From contig NW_019091360.1 in the NCBI RefSeq assembly GCF_001949145.1, positions 1,671,599 to 1,735,598 on the forward strand: a stretch of DNA of 64,000 nt, written 5' to 3'. Shown here piece after piece: positions 24,201 to 36,200 of the stretch. The stretch is from Acanthaster planci (Eukaryota). The notes beneath the pieces are model-generated. The model searched no databases, was not told where the DNA came from, and saw only the letters and a list, made by a program, of their open reading frames with translations. How positions within the stretch are numbered: position 1 is the stretch's first letter; every line of letters begins with the position of its first letter. The position numbers were made by a program, and so were the translations under genes.

Positions 24201-27200
24201 TGCATGCTTACTGATAAAGTACAGGTCTCAGAGTGAAATTGGTCAAAGCGAGGCAAATGGCTCCACTTAAAACAAACAGAAAGACGTTCTAAGAGAACCA
24301 AAGAGTGCTTAGCGAGTGGAGCCTCCCATTGATGTGGGGGGTGAGAAATTTTTTCGGTTTAGAAAAATTACGTTATTTGGGGGGAATTCAAATGTGTGAA
24401 GACCCCCAAATTTAGCCACGCCCCTCAGAAAGGCCGTGGAATGTTACAGCTAGAAATTTGTAAATTCCACCTCCCCCCCCAAATAAATTAAAAACTTAAG
24501 CCCCCACCTCTGTAAATCTGGTTCTTAATCAAATCTTGGGAACTACTCGTTTATAATTTGAATTCCTGCAGTAAAGACAAAAGTTTGATCTGTTCCTATT
24601 TTTTTGGTGGGCCTAGTTGGAGTGCATGCCGGATGGTGCACAGTGTGGCAACAATTCCTTCTACTACCATGTTGGAGAGTCTAGCAACTTGCCGCTCCGT
24701 GGCTATTCGGTGAGTATGGATTGACGGAGCACCTGCTGAGCAGGGTAAAATGCCATAGAATGCTCACGGAGCAGCCATCTTGCATTTCTGCCATTCAAAG
24801 CAGTGTAAACCAACCTGAGGCTGGAAGACAGTCTGTCCCCTTTTATCAATATGGGAAGTTGTATTACTATTGCCGATGGGGTCGACAGGGATCAAGACAA
24901 ACGTGATAACAGCATCATTACAGGTGTCTTGCATTGAGAGTACTCGAGAAAGATTCATGTAGGAATTCTGCAACGCTGAGCCCTCGATCACCAATTTTTT
25001 TGGGGGGGGGGTCAGAGGCCAAAGAAGATTGTGGTCTCCCTGTGTTGAGAGAAAAGGCACTTTGTTGGTTATCAGTCAAGACATCACAAGATCTGTCACT
25101 AAACCAGCCACAAGACCATTGATAAGACTAGTCACTGGCAGCAGTGTGAACAGTGACAGAAGAATGATTTTGTTGCCGTTCATTTGAAATTACTTGCGAC
25201 TTGTTTTCAGACTTGAGGCCTTGCACAGTCTTGAAATGGCCTTGGGAGGTCTTGACTGCCACACCGTGGTTGCTTGATCCATGTTTTATCTGCATAGTCT
25301 GTAACACATTCAGAGGCTGCATTTGTGCATGGAAATCTTGGCGTACGCTATTCATTCACTGCCCAGAGACAAGTGAACACTGTGTATCGCCCAGAACTGA
25401 TATTTTGTTTTCCTCTTCCCTCGGACTTAAAAAGCTCTGTCAGATGTGCGATCACAACTGCCTGGGTTGCCATGGGGCAGGCCCCTCCAGCTGTAAGCAA
25501 TGCAAGCGATACAGACGGGAGCAGGAGTGTGCAGACGAGTGCTTTGCCCACCAGTTCCCCGACCAAAATGACACCTGTCAGAACTGCCACCGCGAGTGCC
25601 GCGGCTGCTCCGGCGGGAGCTCCCCCTATGACTGCATCCGCTGTCAGAACTTGGAAGTGCTTGAAAGCCAGAATGTGGTAAGTGCTGCCTCTCACTGTGT
25701 GCGTACTGCTGTAACATTGATCAATCATACTTGATTGCGAATCATAATTACCTTGTTAGGAAAATGTCAAATCAGTTTCAATTTTGACTGTATATCATTA
25801 ATTATCCTTTATGAACATAAGAAAAACCACAAACTAGAATGATACTTGCAGATCTGTGTTAGAGACAGCCTGAACTTTTGACCCAAGTAAATCTTTTTAA
25901 AAAGGCTCAATAGCAACTAGTCACCAAGACTTTTGCTGTCATCAACAGACCTACTGTGCCAAGGAGTGTCCACCTGACTACCCCTACAACGATCGCAACT
26001 CCCACTGTGTGGCCAACTGCTCGGAGAATGAGTTTGCCAACAAGAACGACGTCTGCATGGCCTGCCACCAGCAGTGCCTGGGCGGCTGCTTCAATGACCG
26101 CCGCAGCTCCTGTTTCCAGTGCCGCAATGTCAAGCACGGCCGGGAGTGCCTGGAGAAGTGCCCGGAGGGCTTCCTGAACAGCAGCGGAGTATGCATGAAA
26201 GACCCCTCCCTGGAGAGTACTCGGAATCCCCAGAAGTGAGTGGTGCATGCGACATTTTAGTTTCGAAGATTTCCTCCTTTTTCGCTAGGTCCGATTCCTT
26301 CCGTCATTCAAACTGTCGTTAATGACTTGCGTTTTCCTGGAATAATTTACAGTGAGCCAGTTCAGCATTTGAAAACAAAGCGCCACATGTCATGCCAGCT
26401 AGGACATAAGTCTGTAAGTCGGCGTGAAATCACCCTGATACAGTGTTGTAGTGGAGTATTTTTTAAGTACAAAGGTTCTCTGCCAAATATTGAACTGGGT
26501 AAGAGGGAATAAAGCTGAAGTACATTGATGGTAAATACACAAAGATAGGATTACAAATTAAACGTTAGACTTCGGATACTACAGGAGAAAAGCACTCAGA
26601 AAATACTTGGCTGAGTACTTTCTGAGTCTTTCGTCCCAAAAATTTAATTTTTATTAAACAGTGATAGTCTGAAGTTATCATTTCACTTTGTAATCTTACC
26701 TTTGTGCATGTACACTGTGCCATCAAATGCCCATGTACTCCGGCTTTTTTCCCTCCTAACTAGTTAAACACAATAAAAAAAAATCACAAGATTACTCTGG
26801 TGGGACTCGAACCCATGACCTCCTGCTTACTAGTGCAGACGTTTTAACCACTCGACCACCGAGCTTGCCGGGGTCAGCTGGACAGTCGGAGTCAGGTGAA
26901 GCAGCTGGTACCGCAAACTATTTTCAAGATGTATTTTTGCGTAGGGGAGATGTCAATTTGTATAAGCAGGAGATCGTGGGTTCGAGTCCCACTCGAGTAA
27001 TCTTGGGAATTTTTTCGCAAGCTCTTGGACAAGCACTGAGCATACAGTGATCTCCCCAATGCAAAAATACATCTTGAAAATAGTTAAACACTTGGCAGAG
27101 AACTTGGTACTCAAAAAGTACTGACCATGGCATGCAAATGTTGAGGTTGACTGACCTACCTACAATGTGCCCGACTTTGAGCATCTCAATGCTGAATTGG

Positions 27201-30200
27201 CTCATGAGCAGTGACAGCTCTCACTCTTACTGCGCAAACCCATTAGGTGAAATTGTGCATGAGCATGTGCGCAAGAAAGCGAGACACTTCAAACTGGGGT
27301 TCCAAGTCGTCACACGATGGCTTTCTAATTTGTTTCTTGCAGATCCGGGACACCTGTTGGCACCATTGTGGGTATCACTGTGTCGTTAGTGGCCATTATC
27401 ATAGTCGCTATCATTGCATACATTGTCTACAATAGACTGACCAAAAGTGGTTACATCCCACCAGCACTGGTGAGTTAAACCCAAAAAATAAGGTTCAGAG
27501 CTCTTCAAATTCTCAGGAATTCTCTGTCAATTTTTGTAGTGCAAGTTGATACAGTTGGACATGGACTGAATGTCTAGGCTTCCTGTTGCGTTCTTGTGAA
27601 TTGTGACTTCAAACTCAAAGAAGCATTAAAAAAATTTTTGCCTCGCCTTGGTGAAATTGAAAAAAAAACCAAGAATTTAACCAAAATCCAAGCCCGGTGT
27701 TTACGATTTCTCCGTGCTGTGGCTGGTCACAAAAGGCCAGTTTCATTTGAAATATTTGCAAAGTTGTCTTGTTTCTGACATGATCTTTCAGTGAGTTGCA
27801 TTCCGTTTCAAATACCTGTATGCATCGAATCCATCAATACCTTGGACAATTTAGCCATTCCTATTGGTCAAGTGCCTATCACATGGCCAGTCTTGAATGG
27901 TCCATAAAGCACCAGCTTTTTGTAGGGGGCACCTACCATCACATGGCTAGAAGGGTGTTTGAGGAAACTCAAGTGAAATGGTGGATGTTTCCAGCTGGTG
28001 TAAATCATGGCTTTCATTCGGTTTTCCAGGCTTTGAAGGACCTCCAAGGGGCCAACTATGGCAACGGGGTGAGTGACGATACAAAGAGAATCTTAGTTGG
28101 TTGTTCATTGTTCTTCACTTTGTAAAGAGACGGAATCTTTGTATTTTGGGGCAGAAGTTTGTTTACTACGCAGATGCACGCCTGTTGGCAAAACGTTTTT
28201 ATTGTTAAACAACAGAGCAACCTTCCTTTATTTACTTCCATGTACCCTACAAAATGCGAGATGATATCAAACCTGCCGCTGTTTTTTCTCCTGTTATAGA
28301 GCAGGTGTGTTTGAAACTTGCCTCATGAGAACTCAGTAGAGTCGATCAAGCAGCATTCAGATTTTTTGCCCGTGTTTTTGTTTTTTAATTCAAGAATGAA
28401 ACGAGAGGCCTGTTCGAATCATTTGGAAGAAACCTACGCAAGATTGAAAGAGAAAAAGAATTGGTTGACATTGAAAGCTGCACGCTGAAGATAATTTTAA
28501 AAAAACGTGTTTTAGGGTGTGGTGTTTTTGTCGTAAGGCAGTGATTAACCACTTCCTGCCGGGGCAGTTATCAATGTTGATGATGCTGGGCCGGGATATT
28601 TATCATTTTTTTCTGTTTACAAAATTCTTTAAAAATTCCTATCTTCATTTATTGGACACTTACAAACACGTGAAGGACTGTCTGGTGGCCCCTCTAGCCG
28701 GACAGACAAAATCTATTGACGCCTGAGTATTTCAGCCAGGCCTGCAGCCTTGTAAAAAGAGCCCAGATTGTGCGGTGTTATATAACTTTCTTTTGTTCAT
28801 GAACCTGGCTCAGTGCCCTGCCGATCTCTTTTCAGCAGGGGCCAGATTAGCATGTAGCGGTGCTGTGTGGCTCATCACTGCGGTGGTGGAGCGCTTTTGT
28901 CCCCGGTGGTAATCCATTCGCTCTAAATACCCCAAACCGTGGTATACGGTTTCAAAACAAGGCTGGATTATCTCCATTTTTGGAGTGAAAAAATGTCGGT
29001 AATGCCCAGCAGCCTGGTCTTTTGAAATGTCAAAATGGCCCCTTGAATATGGAGATCAGGTGGTGTTACATGGTGTCAGGTTCTTACATTTTTGGAATTG
29101 TCGGAGTCTGGTTCCGGATGGATTCCATAGACCCCACACAGTGCACACCACCAAGCTTGAGCTGATGTATGCGTAATGTTTGCCTGACCATTTCACAGCC
29201 CCTGACTCCCAGCGGCGCCGTCCCCAACCAGGCCCAGCTCAAGATCATCAAGGAGACGGAGCTGAAACGAGGCAGTGTGCTGGGTTCGGGGGCCTTTGGC
29301 ACCGTCTACCGTGGCCTGTGGATCCCCGAGGGGGAGGCCAAGATCAGGATCCCCGTTGCCATCAAGGTGCTGCGGGAGGTCTCGCCGCAGGCCTCAGAAG
29401 AGCTCCTCGAGGTAAAGTGGAGCCTTTGCCAGTGAAGACCTACTACTGAGATCTTCACCAGTATTGCCCATCCCAAGAAAGTATCCCTGTCTGGGATCTG
29501 TTAAATATAAACATCCACCTTTAGATGCCCTTCCAGAAGCTTTAGTAATGAATATTGCTCCTAAAGATCTTCCAGTCTCCCCAAGCAGGATCTTCCGTCA
29601 AGAAACTTTCCCCAGATCCCCTCCCCAGTGGTTCTTTCCTCATTACTCTCAATCATGATCTCCATCTCCCCCCTACGCCCCTCCCTTTCCTCCAACTAAG
29701 GTGTCCCATCTCCTGCAGAGCAGCCTCGCCTTCATCAAAATCTCACCACAAACCTGGCTTTAGCTAGTCTCACCACCTTGGACGAAAATGTTGTTTCTGC
29801 GACCACAAGATAGGCCCACCATTCCAACACTGAGATTTGGGATTGTGGGACCAGCCTGATTTTTATTTCCCAGTCCACTGAATGTCAATTCCGTTGCTTC
29901 CTCAACCGACAGGAAGCCAAAGTGATGGCGTCAGTCGATCATCCCTACCTCCTGCGGCTGGCCTGTGTGTGCATGGCCCAAGAGATCTCCCTCATCACGC
30001 AGCTCATGCCCCTGGGAGCCTTGCTCGACTATGTGCGAGAGCACAAGGATCGGATTGGGTCCCACCATCTCCTGAACTGGTGCTACCAAATAGCCCAGGT
30101 ATGTCGTGGTCCAGTCTTACTGCATGGAGAGTTTTCTAGCCTCAGTTTTCAGTAAGCTGTAAATTTGTCATAGTAACATTTTAGAGATTCCTGTGGAACC

Positions 30201-33200
30201 AAATCTGATTTAAACAAGGGTGTGAGAATTCAGCTTTTTAGCTGATTTCAGCTGGTTTTTTTTAGATGTTGAGCCTGCTTTTTTGCACACCTGGTCTGTA
30301 CAAAATTATGAAAACCTTTCACAATTCAGCTTTTTTGCCAGCAGTTTTCATTTTTAATATTAAGTGGCCACTCACACCCCTGTTCAAAAGTGCAGTTGAA
30401 TGTATTTTTTCGTACACTGCATGCCTGTGAATGATTATCAAAGTTGTATTTTCAACCGTCAGTTTGCAGAGATTTATAACAGAAGTGATACAAACCACTG
30501 TAAAGCTTCAGAGTCTTTCTGTACAATTGTAGATTTGAATGGATGTCAGAAAGTCAGTTTTTTTTAAATTAAGCCATTGAAACTTGATTTTGGGTCCAGA
30601 TATAAAGAGTTGCCTTAGTGTATGCCATCGTTGTCAGATGGTTGAATGCAAGGCTAAGACGGCAAAAGTCAGTTTGGTAGTTCTGAAAAGCAAGGTCATT
30701 CAGGAACAAAGCACTCACACGAGTCTGCATTGGACCAAGTCCTATCAGGCAGCCATTGCCGTCACCCAAGATGGCTACAGCGCGGGGTCTGGAACCCATC
30801 TCATTGTGTTCATGTACCACTATTCAGGGCATGGTCTACCTGGAGGAGAAGCACCTGATCCACCGTGACCTGGCTGCGCGGAATGTCCTGGTGCAGACGG
30901 CCCAGCAAGTCAAGATCACCGACTTTGGACTGGCCAAATTTCTGGACGTAGACGAGAGCGAATTCCAGGCCCAGGGAGGCAAGGTTAGTACTCAATTCTT
31001 CCCCTTTCCTCCTACCCCCGACCATAACCCCTTTGGTTGGCACTGGTATTTACCATTTCCATGGGTGTCGCTAAATTTGAATAGAGTTTGATGTGGATGA
31101 GAACGACATCAAAATGTAGGTTTGAACTTTAATGGAATTTGTTGGTAACGGTAACCAATGTTTATCAGAAGAGTCAGGTACTTGCATAACTTCCCATACC
31201 TAAAAAAAAAAAAGGAACAAAACTGGACAAACTTTTTGCTCCGCATTCAGCAGACTTCTTCATCCTTGGCTGCTTCAAGAAGGTGGTGCCAGCCGCTATC
31301 TGATTTTGGAAAACTGCTAGACTTTGAACTGAAAGCAAGATGCCTGTTTTTGTTATGCATAAACAAACTTATTTTTGAAAAATTTATTCGCAGTTGCCCA
31401 AAAGAACTGAAAGAAAAACTTCTTGCCCGTCTCTCTGAAAGATTGTGTTGAAATCTGCTCAAGATTTTGGAGAATAAAAGGGGGAAAAAACGAACCTGTT
31501 AGTGTCATTTGTGATTGATCAATGGGTATTTTTTTACTTCTCCAAGACTCTTGGTTTGAGAGTGTACCTCTAATTCTGCGATGCATTTTGTTTTTCCTGC
31601 AGATGCCCATCAAGTGGCTAGCCTTGGAGTGCATTCATCACAGACGCTTCTCCCACAAGAGTGACGTCTGGAGTTTCGGTAAAGACTCTTTCTAGAAAGC
31701 TATGCAATTTGAAAAGGAAACTGCAGTTCCTCCAACCTTTTGATCAAACTGAAAGTTTTTGGAATAGTATTGATGATACTATTAAGTCACAATTACCTGT
31801 GGGTTGTTTCGAGAACTCCTTCAAAAAGCACCTTATCTCCAAAGATCTGAAATACCCCCTTCTCTTCTGTTATTCTCCAAAGATCTGAAATACCCCCTTC
31901 TCTTCTGGTATTCTCCAATGATCTGAAATACCCCCTTCTCTTCTGGTATTCTCCAATGATCTGAAATACCCCCTTCTCTTCTGGTATTCTCCAATGATCT
32001 GAAATACCCCCTTTTCTTCTGTTATTCTCCAATGATCTGAAATACCCCCTTCTCTTCTGTTATTCTCCAAAGATCTGAAATACCCCCTTCTCTTCTGTTT
32101 TTCTTCTTCAAACATTCGCTTGTTCTTTTTAATGTATCAAACGCTCTTATATTCAGTTCTCAGTACATCTATGTTTTGTTCGTATATTTTCTGTTTTTTT
32201 CTTCATCATTTTGCTTTTATATTTTCTCTGAATGATTGTTGTTAGTTTTGTTTGTGTAGTTTTTACCTCAACCACTTCCTGCCAGGCTGTTTTCGATGTT
32301 CAGGCCACTTGGCTGGGCTCTTTTTCTTTTTTTCCAAAATTCTTCAACAATTAATGTCTTCATTTACTGATATTGATCACGTGTACACCCCAAAAAATGA
32401 CTGTCCTGCGGCCACTCGAAAATATACTGTACATCAAAATTACAGATGTGTAAAATGGAACCTTGTCTCTGGTACCAGGCACCCCAGTGCAAAGTGGTTA
32501 ACCCTAACCCTCCTCAATCCTTCACCTGTTGGAGGACTGAGTAGTGTTAGGGTTAATAAGGCATTTTTCTACGAGGCTTTGTCTTCTGAATATGCCTCGG
32601 TGTAAAAATCAATGATGGAATAACCTTCGCTGATGGCCCAGACTTTTTACTGACAGCAAGTAAACTTTTCTAAACGTGCCTGGAATTTTTTTTTAAACAA
32701 AAGCTTCGATTTTGGGCACCCCAGCGTCGTGGGCCACACACCGTGTCTCCTGTACCGGACACCTTGGTGCAAAGTGGTTAATAAGGCTTTTCTGTTTGAG
32801 GCTGTCTTCTGAATATGCCTCCATATTGCCTCTTGTCTTCTCATTAATAAATGAACGTTAACCTCTTTTGACTGTGACTGCAAAGCTCTGTCCAGCAGCA
32901 GGTCCCATTGAGCCAGCAGCTGCATGGTGAATAGACTGTATGTGTGGTATGCACTAATCCTCACACACAGCCACGGCTGTGGATGGCTCCCGATATGAAG
33001 GGGTTAACTGCAAATCCAAAAAATACATGTCTTTCGGGAAGCTGTTTGGATTGACGACAGAGACAGGGTTAGGGCTTGAGAGTGTAAGAGTGCAGATCAC
33101 ATGTCTCTGTGCTCTGAAATATTGCTTACCTCTTTAGTCAGTGACCGTAAGCAAGTACACTAAGTTTTTGTTTACCCTAGAGATAGAATTTGCCTTAGAT

Positions 33201-36200
33201 GATGCCACTTCAGAAATGTGTCCCTCTGTGTTTCAGTCTGTCTGTTTGGGTTTCTGTGACGGTTTTTCTGCAACCTGTCAAGCTGCTGCCCGACACTAAT
33301 TTCAGATCAGATCATTGCAAAATGCCAGTAAACTGCCCTTGTGTTTTTGTTACCGCTGCTGTAAATCTGATCGGCAACCGAGGCAACTTGTGAATCAACA
33401 GCTTCTAATTTTGTGGGTCTGATGTTTCGCTTTCCCTTGCTGGCAGGTGTGACCATGTGGGAGTTGATGACCTTTGGTGGCAAGCCTTATGACGGTGTCC
33501 GAGCCCGAGATGTACCGGACCTCTTGGAGAAGGGCGAAAGACTTCAACAGCCACCCATCTCAACAATCGACGTCTACATGCTAATGGTGAAATGTAAGTC
33601 AGACAACTGGCACAATGTACATCATAGACAGAAATTAACAACTTGGGTCACATAACACACACCGCACCTCAGCAGAAAACCCACACCACACCCCAGAACA
33701 CCTGACCTCCCCACAGCATTACCCCCCCCCACCAAACCACGCCACACGTCAGCAACACTGCACGGGACTGCTGTCTTGTGTAGCGTTCACATCAGAAACC
33801 AAAGTAACAGGAATTTTTACGCTTGAGATGGTGGTGGGAACACTTTTCATTTTGTGATCACAGGCTGGATGCTGGACGAAGAGAGTCGGCCTTCCTTCAA
33901 GCAGTTGTCAGATGAGCTGGGCCGCATGGCCAAGGACCCACAGCGTTACCTGGTCATTCAGGTCAGTGCCACCTCCTCCACTACACATTGCAGTACCCTG
34001 TGAATCGTTTTTGACCACAAGTTCATTGACAGTTCCTTTACTCTGCTCACTTACAATCTTGGTTCCCTTGAAGGTTTCAGTTTGTATTTGTCAGGGTTTT
34101 GACATGAGAGTCTGTTTAAACCAGCATTTGGAGTCTGTTTTGAAGCTCATTCTCCCCAGGGGTGTGATTTTGGAGGATTTGTTGGATTTAAAAGTTTGAC
34201 CGTAAAATTTAATCATTTACTTGTGCTGTTTTTTTGTACTTTGTACAATAAAACGCAAGTGCTACGGGAAATTTGCATACTCAAAGCTATTTTGGAGGGA
34301 ACTTGGCAGTCGTGTTAGCTTTTAAAAGCTGTAAAATGTTAGGTATGTTTCTGTTGTCTTCTGGATGCTTTGTGCATCAAACCGTTGCATTTTTATATGT
34401 CGTCCCCAGAACGACGGTGAGGGCTCACTGGCCGGACTGCCAAGCCCTGTCCCCAGCGACTTCTACCGGTCGTTGATTGGCGACGAGATCGACGGCGCCA
34501 AGGCCACGGATCTGCTCATGGACGCCGAGGAGTACCTACAGCCGATGAGCTTCAACAACCTGGAGCACAGGCAGCCCCCCAATGAGTTCTTCCCCAGCAG
34601 GGTCTGTACACAGAGATCTCTCTGTCTTGCGATTAGTCCAGGACTTAATTCACTTTTGATGTATTCATTCATGAAGTACGAATTTCACACATTAATGCTC
34701 CATTGCCCCGTACAATAAAGACATGAAATGTGGTCGAGCCAATGGCAAACAAGGGCATTTCCCAGTCATTTGTGAACCAGTGAAGTTCAGTTTCGACCAA
34801 AGGAGCCTCCATTGCTGAGAAAATAGCGCCCTCTCTTGGTCCAGCTCGAGGCCCATAGCCGGATGTTTTTCGTTGGCACAGTTGATTTGTAGTTGCGATA
34901 GACATTCTGATGGCAATTGAAATAAAATCATGTCCAAGAAGTCGTTGTAAGGTTTTTTCTCGGTCATGTGGATGAAAAAAACAGTTCCTTACCTCTTTTT
35001 GTCTTCAAGCCTTGGATAGCCATATTGAATGACATTCCCTGTTTCCTCACTTGCAGACAAGCGGTGCTGATTTTGTGGCCGGCGGGCCTCCGATGTCCCC
35101 GACCTATCCATACTCGCTCAACTCGCCGCCGGCCAAGGTGAACCCAACTCGCAAGGATAGTTCCATGCGGTACGCCCCGGACCCCACACTAGCCCTGCTG
35201 CAGGGAAGGCAGAACAGCAACGGTGAGAGAAGAAGACACTTAAACAGGGTTCCTGCAGTCATGGAAAATCCTAGGGGAAAAAAAACTTGGCCTGGAAAGT
35301 CCTGGAAAATTGGGATGCCCTGGAATCTTGTTGTCAGAGGAAAAAAAGTGATGGAAAAGTCATGGAAATCATGATCATGCAAGGGGTATTTTTGATGGGC
35401 CGCTTTTGATATAATAACAGGAATTAAAGTCAATGAAATTGGTAAGGGAAAATTCAATTAATTAGTCACAAAATTTACATTCTAAAAGCCTATTTCAATT
35501 TGTTACAAATGAACTTCAAAGGCTTCTGAATACGCACAGGTATGCCCAACAGTAAGGACAAAACCAACTTTCAGTTTTTCTGCTTTTTTTTTTACTCTTT
35601 TAAAAAGCATGTATACATTGTGCACACCTATTATGGGAATTTTCGTACAGCCAAATGCTTGATCAAATGGAAGGTTGAATATACTCAATTACGCAAATTG
35701 ACTCAGCCTTACAGACACAGAGGTAAGGCAAATTTACTTTTATCAAGCTGTGAAAACTTTGGAATCTCATCGATCTGTCATAGACTCATGTCTGACACAG
35801 TGGCTAAACAACAAGTGAAGTTATTCACATCTTGAAATCCAAACATTCAGCAACTTTTGATGGGTTTTGAGAACAGCGAGAAAAACTGAAACAGTAATAT
35901 AAACATAAAGTTCGTGTCGTCTGCTGTCAGTAAGCACTGTTGGTGTGCGAGGGCTGATTTCTTCTGATATTGTCCCCAGATGGAGCCACGGCTGTCCAGA
36001 TTGACGACGATTACCTGACACCAAGCATCAAGGGTGACTACCATGACCTCACCAAGGACAAACGTAAGCAACCTGTACCCTTTCAGTTTTGTGTCTGGTG
36101 TGGTTTCATTTCTTTTCTGAAAAAACAAGCTGTACAGTTTTTAGTGAGGGCACATCCAGCAAATCGACACAGGGGGTGTGTGCACGGGTATTCAAGGGTG

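Noticed and set aside
25348..26248. Minus-strand ORFs overlapping the Cys-rich exons (also 4328-4708 and 6540-7013)
   Set aside because: They are antisense shadows of GC3-rich EGFR exons with no independent protein features.
26790..26869. Genuine tRNA gene
   Set aside because: The acceptor stem and anticodon loop are non-canonical and a truncated second copy is adjacent; a SINE head is more likely.
31836..32099. 38-bp repeats resembling a CRISPR array
   Set aside because: The units are head-to-tail with no unique spacers, inside a eukaryotic intron with no cas genes; this is a minisatellite.
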